A DNA stretch of 64,000 bases, from the IMG/VR virus record IMGVR_UViG_3300044991_002272; one strand, 5' to 3'. The notes beneath the pieces are model-generated. The model searched no databases and was not told where the DNA came from. It was given only the letters and a program-made list of their open reading frames with translations. The position numbers were made by a program, and so were the translations under genes. Within the stretch, counting starts at the first letter, position 1, and every line of letters starts with the position of its first letter. The stretch is from a virus. Below, in pieces: positions 19,233-28,416 of this stretch.

Positions 19233-21209
19233 TTAAGATCCTTTGCGTGAAAGAGCAAGTATAAAGGGAGTCATAAATCCAAAGATGCTTTGATAAAAGC
19301 TGCGTCCATCAATAGCACCTCGTCTCTGATTTATGCGGAAACTGGGTCTGGCAGGAGGTTTCTCCCACACGAAGTTAAAAGTAGCTGACGATCCACCACC
19401 ACTTGTTGACGTTGCACTAATGGGATTTGTGGGCAAACTGCCAATTGTTGTGCTACCTGGCGCCGAAAGTAGATAGTATCCAGGAATAAGAATCGCAACA
19501 CTTGTAATAACACCACTGGACACACTCAAAACCTTAAGTGTTGTGGGCACAGCATAGGTGCTGTTAACGTTGGCTGGGGTACTGAAATTCAATGTATCCC
19601 CTACGTTATAACTGCCTCCGCCATTGGCAATAGTCAATCCGCCAACTTGAAACGCTGGATTGGGTGTCACAGCCCCCACATAAAAGTCTCCGCTTTCGTC
19701 AGTTGTGGTATGGAATACACGTCCACCAGCTAGTGCAATAGTATATTTGTTGGGATCAGCGTAGCCACTGCCATCTTGACTGGGGCTGAGTTTGGCATAA
19801 TCCAAGCCAGCACCAGCATAGCTCATGGTATAGCCGCTGGCTTCAATCAAGGAGCCAAACTTGATCCTGGCTCGCAATTGACGGCCAGCTATGGGCAAAG
19901 ACTTCAAGCTAATAACTGAACAAGGCAAACCACCCGCTGTTACACCTTTTGATACTGTGTAATCAACAGTAGGCAGCAAGGGTGTCGCAGCGTCTAAAAA
20001 TTGCACTTCCAATTCACTGAATTGATTTGGCAAAACATAAGTACCCCCAGTTGTGACAAAATCAGAACTGACACCATTTGTGGCCCAAGTTTGATTTACA
20101 GCCACAGGGCTATCAGTGGTTTCAAGATATCTGTGCCCTTGACTCCAAAGTGCATAATTGCCAAAACTGCAATTGCTGTTCAATGCAGTCACGTGACCAC
20201 CATCAAGGCACAGCAAGCCAAACTGGCAGAAGTTAACGAAAAAACTCACCAACTGCATGTAACCTTTGCCAATGACTTTGACGCCGATACCACCAAGATT
20301 GATTTGAGTAAATGCGTCAATAACAATGCTGTGAATCCTATTATTGGGTCCCAAAACACTGGGATCAATCAACACACCGCCACCACCTGGGTAAATCCCT
20401 GATCCAGTGTCTGGATCGCCACTGATGCTGGAACAGTTTTGTACATAGGGACTGACCAAGATGTCTGCACCTGGAGCAAAGCCAAAGGCAAATCCTGTTT
20501 GTCGAGTTGTGGAGATCAGTGCTGATGTATTCACTCCACTTGTGTTGGCATAACCTGCTGGAGTTATATCCAATGCTGATGGATTCAATCTATGATCTCT
20601 TACAGTAATGCCATACACATAACACTTGCTGTTCAAATAAAATACATCAGTAGTTGCGACTCTTGGTCGTATGGAAACAGCTCTAAGATTATCGCCAATA
20701 ATACTAACACCTGGCGGAATTTCAATTGGACAGTCTTCAGTATAGTCACCTGCTGCTACCAAAATAGCTGTGTGATCAGGTCGGAATGCACCAGTGGCAA
20801 TTTGTCTAGCTGCTTCAGCACATGCAGCTTTCACAGTACGCTTGGCGCTATACCAACTTTGTCCACTGTTGGTATCATTACCACTTTCTGCAACGTAAAT
20901 GCGATTTTTAACAATTGCATCAGCAATCTGTTGCAGGCTTTCTGCATTTAGCAGTTTCCAAACACTGCCTTCCCAAACATACATTTGTTTGTCTGTGGTT
21001 TTGTACCAAAGCTGTCCTTGTGTGGGACTTTGTGGAGGACTTTGGTCGGCAAAATTTTCCATGAGATGAACAAGATTTTCATTCAAATAAGTACCGTAAT
21101 TGGCAAAATTCTTACCAAATAGGATCAAACTGGAAACTGTGCTGTTATACTGTCCTGGCGGAATACTTGCCAGCGTAGTGCCATTGGTCTTTGTGATATT
21201 TGTATTCAT
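19233..21209 (-). CDS. Tail fibre / spike protein with predicted beta-helix
   Basis: L.L.GKN+..YG...NEN++H++ENFA...P..P..GQLWY N-terminus; YVA..G.D.N.G and I.+..G.Y.E..PI..P..VSI.GD.LR pectin-lyase-like region. Confidence 0.75.
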   Translation of the reverse strand: MNTNITKTNGTTLASIPPGQYNSTVSSLILFGKNFANYGTYLNENLVHLMENFADQSPPQSPTQGQLWYKTTDKQMYVWEGSVWKLLNAESLQQIADAIVKNRIYVAESGNDTNSGQSWYSAKRTVKAACAEAARQIATGAFRPDHTAILVAAGDYTEDCPIEIPPGVSIIGDNLRAVSIRPRVATTDVFYLNSKCYVYGITVRDHRLNPSALDITPAGYANTSGVNTSALISTTRQTGFAFGFAPGADILVSPYVQNCSSISGDPDTGSGIYPGGGGVLIDPSVLGPNNRIHSIVIDAFTQINLGGIGVKVIGKGYMQLVSFFVNFCQFGLLCLDGGHVTALNSNCSFGNYALWSQGHRYLETTDSPVAVNQTWATNGVSSDFVTTGGTYVLPNQFSELEVQFLDAATPLLPTVDYTVSKGVTAGGLPCSVISLKSLPIAGRQLRARIKFGSLIEASGYTMSYAGAGLDYAKLSPSQDGSGYADPNKYTIALAGGRVFHTTTDESGDFYVGAVTPNPAFQVGGLTIANGGGSYNVGDTLNFSTPANVNSTYAVPTTLKVLSVSSGVITSVAILIPGYYLLSAPGSTTIGSLPTNPISATSTSGGGSSATFNFVWEKPPARPSFRINQRRGAIDGRSFYQSIFGFMTPFILALSRKGS

Positions 21210-21217
21210 CTTGATAT

Positions 21218-22975
21218 TTACTGTGTTTCAGTTGGAGGTGTTTCAGCACCTGGAGCAACTTCAGGTGTTTCAAATCCCGGTGTCTCAAGCGGGGCTTCAG
21301 GAGGCATCTCAGGTCCACCCATACCAAAATCAGGCTCTGGTGAAGGGCGTATCCCTATTGAACCCAGTCCCACACCCCTGTCTTCAATGGGGCTGGTGCC
21401 AGTCTTGCCTTTGACTTTGTCGTTGTTTTCTTCTTTCCACATCCGCTCATTTTCCAGAATATCTTCTTCTGTCCATCCTAGATAACGCTTGAGCGCATAT
21501 CTCTTGCTCATGTAAGCTCTTGCATCACTGTTCATAGCTGAACTGAAGAGGTTAACACGCTCAGTGTCAATGCTCATGTTGCGATATTGACTGAAACTTT
21601 GTGGAACGTTAAATGCCAACTCAAACAAACTGCTGTGTACCTCAATGCCACGGAACTTCAAAAACAATTTAAATTCCATATCCAATGTTGGCGCAAGACT
21701 GTTCTGCAATCTTTGGCAATATTTGTTGAATCTATACTCTTGGATAAATGCTGTTCCCACTTTGCCATCGTTGTAGACTGCTGTGCCATCATCTGGTCCA
21801 GTGGGCAAATAGCTGCTGGGAATACCTAGCCCGCGCATCAACTTGTTGTTGAAGTATTTCAAGTCGTCAATAGTGCCCAAGTTTTCGCCAGCATTCAAAG
21901 TGTCAATAGTTGTGCCGCGTTGTTCACTGTTGGTTGCAAGGAAGAAATCTTCTGTAATGCTTATGGGGTTGTAGGCGCTGTCAATAATACTTGAGCCACC
22001 ACCTGTGCGGTTTGGGAGTCGCCTTTGGTAAATTTCGTTTTTAACTCTTTCAACATACTGCATGGCACGTTGACCTTGCAGCTGACCCACGTCAATCTTA
22101 AACACTCTGCGCTCAGGTGCACGCACAATACGGTAAATGAGAATGCAGTCTTCCAACAGGTCTTTTTGTTTGTAAGTTTTGTAAACTGCCTCAATGATGC
22201 TGGTGCCAAAAGGCCAATATTGATCCAAGCCTTCACTTAAACTGAGATGCACCACGTGGTTGGCATCAATTGCCATGCTGTTGGCTGGATTGTAAAATCT
22301 GCTGGTACGGCCGCCAGGTGTTGTGGGCTGTCCATAGTTGATGTTGCCTGCACCAGCTGCTGGGTTCGCACTTCTGGGATAACCTCCTGGGAAACTGTAT
22401 TGATCATGCACAAGAGGGTTGGTTGCCACTAGACTTTGTAAATTGAAATCCAAATCTCTAATCACATATTGTTCAATTTTTTTGCCTTGTGCCTCATTGA
22501 CAATGATTTTTTCCACTTTGGCTGAATCCACCCACAACAGCTCATAGGTTTCTGGATCTCGGACGAAAAATTGATCACCGTATTTGACAGTATTACGAAA
22601 TATTTTGAAGATTCGTTGATTTAGTTTGTTGATGCTGCACCATTGTTGAAGTGCACTGGCTAAAAGTTCTGTTTCTGTTTCAGTAACATCACCTTTCCAA
22701 ATAAATCGGAAAGGAATAGGCTCATCATCACTTTGGTTTTGTGTGCAAAACTCAGCAATAGTGTCCAAGCTGCGATTGATTTCACTATCTAAATCAGCTT
22801 GTTCATAAGCCACATAGCGTTCAACCCGGTTTGGAGCACCAGCATAGACTTCAGGCAAATAGCTGCTGAATTTTGTAGTAGTTGCACCTTGACTGTTGTC
22901 TTTGTTGATTTCTGCTAGTCTTGCAGTGAGTCTAGCTTGACTCGGTACTGTTGTGAAATATTTTTTCCAAGCCAT
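21218..22975 (-). CDS. Portal protein (T4 gp20-like)
   Basis: LLED.+LIYRI.RAPERRVF.IDVG, EDFF, GT.IDTL..GENLG.IDDL.YF..KL.R.L.IP.S motifs. Confidence 0.96.
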   Translation of the reverse strand: MAWKKYFTTVPSQARLTARLAEINKDNSQGATTTKFSSYLPEVYAGAPNRVERYVAYEQADLDSEINRSLDTIAEFCTQNQSDDEPIPFRFIWKGDVTETETELLASALQQWCSINKLNQRIFKIFRNTVKYGDQFFVRDPETYELLWVDSAKVEKIIVNEAQGKKIEQYVIRDLDFNLQSLVATNPLVHDQYSFPGGYPRSANPAAGAGNINYGQPTTPGGRTSRFYNPANSMAIDANHVVHLSLSEGLDQYWPFGTSIIEAVYKTYKQKDLLEDCILIYRIVRAPERRVFKIDVGQLQGQRAMQYVERVKNEIYQRRLPNRTGGGSSIIDSAYNPISITEDFFLATNSEQRGTTIDTLNAGENLGTIDDLKYFNNKLMRGLGIPSSYLPTGPDDGTAVYNDGKVGTAFIQEYRFNKYCQRLQNSLAPTLDMEFKLFLKFRGIEVHSSLFELAFNVPQSFSQYRNMSIDTERVNLFSSAMNSDARAYMSKRYALKRYLGWTEEDILENERMWKEENNDKVKGKTGTSPIEDRGVGLGSIGIRPSPEPDFGMGGPEMPPEAPLETPGFETPEVAPGAETPPTETQ

Positions 22976-23040
22976 CAGGGTTCTGTTTCTCTCGGTTTTT
23001 GATATTTATGTGAGAAAAATACCCAGAAAAAAGATTACCT

Positions 23041-25371
23041 CTAGGCAAAGTCACCAATTATTCCAGCTGTGATACGTGCTTGTCTTGCTTGATCTTGGAT
23101 GTAGGGTGTTTGTGCTGCCACTGTGCTGTTCAAGGTAGTGACCATACCTAATAGTGCATCGTTTTGCGGTGCCATTGGTGGCGCAAGACTAGTCATAGTG
23201 GCTTGGGCTGCCACTCTACTTACAAGTGCCGCCATAGCAGAAACATATGACGTGCTGCTCGCTTGCATTTCAACAAGTGCAGTTGAATCTTGTAATACGC
23301 TGCTGGCATCGCCAGTTTGCTCGCCCGGCTTAGCTTCTGCTGCACTTGCTGAACTTGTCCCATAGCCTGTGATGCCCCCGACTAATCCGCCAAGTAGGGC
23401 TCCTGCCAAGATACCACCAGGGCCTGCCCCTATGCCTGCAAGAGCTCCCGTTGCTGCACCGCCCAATGCACCGCCCAACCAACCATCCAAACCTACTTTA
23501 CTACCTAGATATGCCCCTCCTAGTCCGCCCGCTACTCCTAGCCCGCCAGCGCCTATCAACCTGCCCCTCCCTAGTCCGCCCATAGTAGATGCTCCCTGCA
23601 TAAGACCAGACATCATTCCTGTTGAGCCCAACATTGAAGTCAAACCCAAGCCTCCTCCTCCCAGTAACCGTGGTATCGCAGCTTTTAAAGCTGTACTTGC
23701 CAGCAATTTAGGCATCAATGCCACAGCAGCTCCTGTGGCTAAGGCCGAAGCTGCTCCTGACATACCACTAGCAGCCATTCCATAAAATGAGTTTGCTGCT
23801 CCTGCGCCTGCGCCAGTTGCTGCTGCCAAGGGTTCAAGAACTTTCGTAAACAAGCCCAACTGTTGTGTAGCTGCATAGAGCGCTGCCTTGAAGTCACCAG
23901 TGATACGAGCAGTATCCATAGTCACTTTTTGCATGGCAGTAGTAGCTCGATCTAAGTTTCCACCTCTGCCAGAGAAAATATTCAAAATTCTTTCCATGCC
24001 GCCAGGCCGGGCTGCTGCTGCTTGTGCCCGTTCAGCTTCTGGCAACATCTTGGCAAACATTTCTGCTCCACCAGCGTATGGCCCTCCTTGCTGTGCTTGT
24101 ATTTGCAATCTCTCAGCACCAGGGCCTTCTGTCAAAGCCGTTTGAACTTGTTGCACTAAACGCATCGTATCTTCAGTAGTCCCAGTAGTCAATCCGCGAG
24201 ACAGTGCTGTCATGGATGGCATCAATTCGCCCATGCTCATCATCGCCCGCGCCTGAGGATCACTAGGCATAAGGCCCATTTGCATACCTACAGCGATTCG
24301 AGCCATTGCAGGACCCATTTCACCAAACTGGCCCGCTATTACAGATTTATTGGCTTCAAGGCGTGCAGCCTCTTCAGGATTAGTTTTTCTTAACGTACGT
24401 ATACGGAGCATAATTGCTGCATCTTCCGCAGCAGCTTTTTGTCTCGCTTGTATTTCTTTTCTGTCTTTGCCTGTTAACTCAGTCAATGCAGTGAGTTCTC
24501 GCACATATTTGACTGCACCTTCTCTTTGCATTTCAGTACTCATACCATAAGCTGAGCCGCCTTTGGCTAACATATCAAGGAAAAAAGCTACAGACTCTCC
24601 TTGTTGAGAAAGGGTTTGGTTATACAAGCCAAATTCGCGTGTACTATCTTGAACCCCTCGCACCAATTTGACAAATTTTTCTTCACCAACACCACTTATT
24701 GTTGTGCCAAACTGCCCCACAATTCCTTGAAACTCTTCCAGCTTCAACCCACTGCGGCCAACCATTTCCTGCATCTTTTCAAGGCTGCCGCCAAAAGTGA
24801 CACCAGTGCTGGCCATTGCTTGAAAAGCTGGCATTCCGCTAGCAAAAATTCCCACACCGGCAGCAACTGTTGCTACAGCTTTATTCAAAAATGAGAAACC
24901 TAAGCTAAGCTTAGTAGCATTGCCGCTTGTATCTCGAAACTTCATATCCAGGTAAGATAGGCTGCTTGTTACCCCATCATATAACTTTGTGCTGTCAAAC
25001 TTGCTCACCCTCTCCAAGCTGGATCGCAAGTCATCTACACTGCGTTTGTAACTGCCTTGAATCTCCTTATCAAAATCTTGCATGCGCTGCTCATGACGCA
25101 GCTTATTGACTTCTGCACGTTTGGATTTTTCAGCCTCTATTTGAAGTTTAGTCAAGCCACTGGCTGCATCCCCTAAGGCTTCGTTGAATTCTTGCAGATT
25201 GGCCAAGTCTTCTTGTTTGACATCAGCTATTTTGGCCAAAAGCTTGTTGCTAGTGCTAACTTTGTCGCGCAGCTCTGCCAAGGTGCGATCTTGCGCCCAA
25301 TTCTTGCTGATAGTTGTTAACTCACTAGCTGTAACATTCATACAAATTTCTCGCAATAGGAGACTAGCCAT
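23041..25371 (-). CDS. Tape-measure-like protein
   Basis: About 776 aa, helical Ala/Gly/Met-rich with C-terminal GGxLG hydrophobic repeats; divergent from the gp26-like gene. Confidence 0.6.
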   Translation of the reverse strand: MASLLLREICMNVTASELTTISKNWAQDRTLAELRDKVSTSNKLLAKIADVKQEDLANLQEFNEALGDAASGLTKLQIEAEKSKRAEVNKLRHEQRMQDFDKEIQGSYKRSVDDLRSSLERVSKFDSTKLYDGVTSSLSYLDMKFRDTSGNATKLSLGFSFLNKAVATVAAGVGIFASGMPAFQAMASTGVTFGGSLEKMQEMVGRSGLKLEEFQGIVGQFGTTISGVGEEKFVKLVRGVQDSTREFGLYNQTLSQQGESVAFFLDMLAKGGSAYGMSTEMQREGAVKYVRELTALTELTGKDRKEIQARQKAAAEDAAIMLRIRTLRKTNPEEAARLEANKSVIAGQFGEMGPAMARIAVGMQMGLMPSDPQARAMMSMGELMPSMTALSRGLTTGTTEDTMRLVQQVQTALTEGPGAERLQIQAQQGGPYAGGAEMFAKMLPEAERAQAAAARPGGMERILNIFSGRGGNLDRATTAMQKVTMDTARITGDFKAALYAATQQLGLFTKVLEPLAAATGAGAGAANSFYGMAASGMSGAASALATGAAVALMPKLLASTALKAAIPRLLGGGGLGLTSMLGSTGMMSGLMQGASTMGGLGRGRLIGAGGLGVAGGLGGAYLGSKVGLDGWLGGALGGAATGALAGIGAGPGGILAGALLGGLVGGITGYGTSSASAAEAKPGEQTGDASSVLQDSTALVEMQASSTSYVSAMAALVSRVAAQATMTSLAPPMAPQNDALLGMVTTLNSTVAAQTPYIQDQARQARITAGIIGDFA

Positions 25372-25425
25372 ATTTAAGCCCCGTAAATACAAGGAAATAA
25401 AACGCTAAGATTATAAGGCAGCCCG

Positions 25426-26259
25426 ATGACTAATCCGTTAAGTCAATATTTTCACACTCCCAAAGCCTACGCCCAATTGCCTACCCGCGGCAAATTTTAC
25501 ACCAGTGACTTTTTAACTTTGGCAGTAAATGGAGAAATTGCAGTGTATCCACTCACAGCAATTGATCAAATCATGCTGAAAACTCCTGATGCAATGTTGA
25601 ACGGTGACGCATTGTTGAGTGTGTTCAGGAATTGTGTGCCTGGCGTAAAAGATCCAAAAAAGCTTGTTGAGCCTGATATCAACACACTGCTTGTGGCAAT
25701 ACGTATTGCCAGTTCTGGTCCAACAATGGAAGTGGATACCAAGTGCCCAAGCTGTGGAAAAGAGCACAACTTTGGCATTGATTTAAGTGTATTTATTGAA
25801 ACTCAGAGCTATGTGGACGGGCCCTGTTATGTGGAAATAGATGGCGCCTTACAAGTTTTCCTGCGTCCTTACAATTTTGAACAACGGAATTTACAGCTAC
25901 TAAACGAGGTTGAGCAAGCTCGTAGTATTCGAACTCTTGAAGAAACTGACACCACTGATGCAGAAAAAATCAGCAGCGTAACAAAACAAGTGAGCCGGAT
26001 GGCGCAGCGCACATTGGACATCATGGCCATGAGCATAACTGAAATCAAAATAATCAGTAGTGGTGAAATGGTCACCAATCAAGAATACATTCAAGAGTTT
26101 GTGAAAGGTATTCCCACAACCAGTGCCAACGCCATCATCGACAAGTTGAAAGAGCTCAACAAAACTGGTATTGATACCGAAACCTCTTTTCAATGCGACG
26201 GTTGCTCACACACTTGGAGCCAGTCAATTGACTTTGATCCCACAAGTTTTTTCGACTAA
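25426..26259 (+). CDS. Baseplate hub / tail assembly chaperone (T4 gp26-like)
   Basis: NPL.QYF..PK.Y..LPT.G.FY, LKTPDA+LNG, D...LLVAIRIAS.G..M, CP.C and C..C pairs. Confidence 0.8.
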   Translation: MTNPLSQYFHTPKAYAQLPTRGKFYTSDFLTLAVNGEIAVYPLTAIDQIMLKTPDAMLNGDALLSVFRNCVPGVKDPKKLVEPDINTLLVAIRIASSGPTMEVDTKCPSCGKEHNFGIDLSVFIETQSYVDGPCYVEIDGALQVFLRPYNFEQRNLQLLNEVEQARSIRTLEETDTTDAEKISSVTKQVSRMAQRTLDIMAMSITEIKIISSGEMVTNQEYIQEFVKGIPTTSANAIIDKLKELNKTGIDTETSFQCDGCSHTWSQSIDFDPTSFFD

Positions 26260-26307
26260 AGCTTCTCAGGGGTGATCCTGTAGCCATCACCCAAATACTG
26301 AGAAGCT
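26247..26307 (+). other. Predicted -1 programmed ribosomal frameshift signal
   Basis: T TTT TTC heptamer (26247-53), 6-nt spacer, then a 10-bp + 7-bp stem-loop; the -1 frame is open to 26492. Confidence 0.75.
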
Positions 26308-26492
26308 GTGAAAAAGAAGTGGAAATGATTGAAAGCGATATTGCCAACCTAGTGTATTACATGAACGGAGGACTCACCTACAGTGAAGCTTGGCGTCTCA
26401 CCACTTCACAGATGAAATCTTTGAGTGGAACTATTTCCAAACACTATGAGATGCAAGCCGAAGCTTATAGGAAGGCTCAATCAAAGAAGTGA
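26250..26492 (+). CDS. Small chaperone-like ORF (gp51/gpT-like), probably the -1 frameshift extension of the gp26-like gene
   Basis: Hand translation FRLKLLRGDPVAITQILRSCEKEVEMIESDIANLVYYMNGGLTYSEAWRLTTSQMKSLSG...KK*; no good SD before the internal ATG at 26325. Confidence 0.7.
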   Translation, partial: FRLKLLRGDPVAITQILRSCEKEVEMIESDIANLVYYMNGGLTYSEAWRLTTSQMKSLSGTISKHYEMQAEAYRKAQSKK

Positions 26493-26998
26493 TAATTTTA
26501 GCTGGGCGTGATCTGGTATGAATCTCAATGATCTTATTGATGATATTATTGGATCTGGAATAGGATACTTGTTGGACTGATAATAGTTCTGGGTATTTCG
26601 TTAGGGAGGAAGTCACACTTCTCCCCACCGGGAGGAGAAGTTTGAAAAGGCTTTCGTATAGGGCTTCGGCCTGCCTGTCTCGTCTTGGGAATTGCTTCCA
26701 GCTGGCGGAGAACCTATTTCCAGCGTTCCTGACTCTCTTCTCGGACTTATGCTCATGGAGCTGCCTTCTCGGTTATGTGCTCATCACACACGCAGGGAAT
26801 TCAGTCAGACAGGCTGTTGACTGAACCCCTTCCAGCTTCACGGGACAGTGAGAGGCTGGATCCTTTTTGTTCACTTTTGTGGCGAGGGCATAGAACCGTA
26901 AACCCTCATACGCAATTTTCCCCGGCCTTCGCGCCTGGTAGATACGGATGGACACTACACCATCATATAAAGCCACTATGTTTTAAAAATATACTCTG
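26493..26998. ncRNA. Candidate large structured non-coding RNA and/or replication origin
   Basis: About 500 nt with no convincing ORF; stems at 26617-41, 26662-71 (cUUCGg), ~26795-829, ~26831-60, ~26884-907; AT-rich GATCT repeats at 26510-60. Confidence 0.55.
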
Positions 26999-27808
26999 TT
27001 ATGCGTAGTTGCTGATTCTATAATTGCCTGGACTACGTGCTGTGCTGTCTAGGTATTTCAAAAGATAATTGTTTTTTGTATTTTTGAAGTCAATTACCCA
27101 AGGTGTGTTGTATTCACAGAATCTACCACTCTCTTGCTTGACTATTGCTGTTGTCCATCGATTGTATTCGTTAAGGTTAAAATGCGGAATAATAATGGGT
27201 TTGGTAGTTAACGGAGTCCAAATTTCTGTATGTTGTTCAGTGTTGTTGTATTTGTATTTGATTTCATTACGAGGGATCTGTGCATGACGTTTGTTGCTGA
27301 TTTCCAGCTCACTCAAGCTGCTGGGTGGTGTCTTGTAAGCCACCTCAATTATATCGCTTGATTGGGGATGAGCCAAAATGTCTGCTTGCTCTTTGTAAAA
27401 ATCAATAACTGCTCTAGCCATCTGTTTTTTGGCTTCTGGAATCATAATCCAGCGATTGGCTCCTGCAGATTCAAACATCATAATTTGCGCTTCGGTCAAA
27501 ATTGTTTTTTGTGTGAGTCTGTCAAAAGCAACTGGAAAATAACTTTTCAGTTGTTCAGGCCATTCTTGAGGCTTTTTCACCAATTCGCGAATGTTGAGAT
27601 TGTATTTGGCTAGATCACAAAAGAGTGATGCTTGATCGTGTGTGATGTTGAGAATAGTTTGTGGAAATGCTCTTACACGACTGCTAAAGGTTCCTACAAG
27701 AGTATTGTAAAATCCCAACTCTTGCCGGAAAAAACTATTGAGCCGATTTTGATCTACTGGATCAACTACAATAAAAATGCTGCGGTGTTGTGGCTTGTTG
27801 TGCTTCAT
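26999..27808 (-). CDS. Hypothetical 269-aa protein resembling the TnpB/Cas12f WED+REC lobe, lacking a full RuvC
   Basis: By-eye motif correspondence only (Q..L...F.....FYN.L; helix-YK; I.TP; TAIVKQESG..W.I.F); TTGATT-17-TATAAT promoter upstream. Confidence 0.5.
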   Translation of the reverse strand: MKHNKPQHRSIFIVVDPVDQNRLNSFFRQELGFYNTLVGTFSSRVRAFPQTILNITHDQASLFCDLAKYNLNIRELVKKPQEWPEQLKSYFPVAFDRLTQKTILTEAQIMMFESAGANRWIMIPEAKKQMARAVIDFYKEQADILAHPQSSDIIEVAYKTPPSSLSELEISNKRHAQIPRNEIKYKYNNTEQHTEIWTPLTTKPIIIPHFNLNEYNRWTTAIVKQESGRFCEYNTPWVIDFKNTKNNYLLKYLDSTARSPGNYRISNYA

Positions 27809-27900
27809 TTGAAATGCTCTTTTGTTATTTTGATTATAGCCATCTAAAACTATAAAATCAAAGACTTCCAGAGCTTTTTCTGGATTACAGGAAAAAACAT

Positions 27901-28416
27901 ATGGCAGGGTCCAAAGGCAAGGCAAAAGGAAATGCAGGCGAATTACGGATAGCCAAGTTTCTCACAACGTTATATGAAGCCAAATTTATTAGGGTGCCTA
28001 ATTCTGGTGCCTTCATTGGAGGAGCAAACACCAAGAGAAAAGACACTATGGATGCTACGCAAATCAGCTACTTCAAAAGTGATCTCATTCCACCTTCCCA
28101 TATGAAAAAGCTGGTGATTGAAAGTAAGTTTTATCAAGACTTTCCGTGGCATCGACTCATGTGCAATGGAGATATCAAACAACTGGATGCTTGGATAGAA
28201 CAGACATTGGATGTCTGTGACCCAGAAGACCTCTGGTTCGTGGTCATACGCATCAATCGCAAAGGAAGTTATGCTTGTTTTGATCAAAAACATTTGGACA
28301 GCTTCACTGTAGAGAACCATGCTCGTTACAAAACCTTTGTAATAACAGAGTTTGAGCCATTTTTTGAACAAAACAAGCTTAAGATTGCAGAATTGGCCTA
28401 CACTGCTGGTGTATAA
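27901..28416 (+). CDS. Holliday junction resolvase-like PD-(D/E)XK nuclease
   Basis: K.KGNAGE..IAK.L, RVP.SGA, D+I.P and IESKFY motifs. Confidence 0.8.
   Translation: MAGSKGKAKGNAGELRIAKFLTTLYEAKFIRVPNSGAFIGGANTKRKDTMDATQISYFKSDLIPPSHMKKLVIESKFYQDFPWHRLMCNGDIKQLDAWIEQTLDVCDPEDLWFVVIRINRKGSYACFDQKHLDSFTVENHARYKTFVITEFEPFFEQNKLKIAELAYTAGV

Noticed and set aside
26600-26998. RNase P RNA or tmRNA
   Set aside because: GGGAGGAAGTC only loosely resembles the P4 5' strand; no AGAACCCGGCTTA 3' partner and no tRNA-like ends with a tag ORF.
26431-27008. Short ORFs in the structured intergenic region (60-77 aa)
   Set aside because: No RBS or recognisable motifs, mutually overlapping, mostly non-ATG starts; not excluded experimentally.
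27901-28416. Resolvase as the missing nuclease partner of the TnpB-like protein
   Set aside because: It is divergently transcribed and fully explained as a recombination gene beside gp46/gp47; adjacency alone is not evidence.
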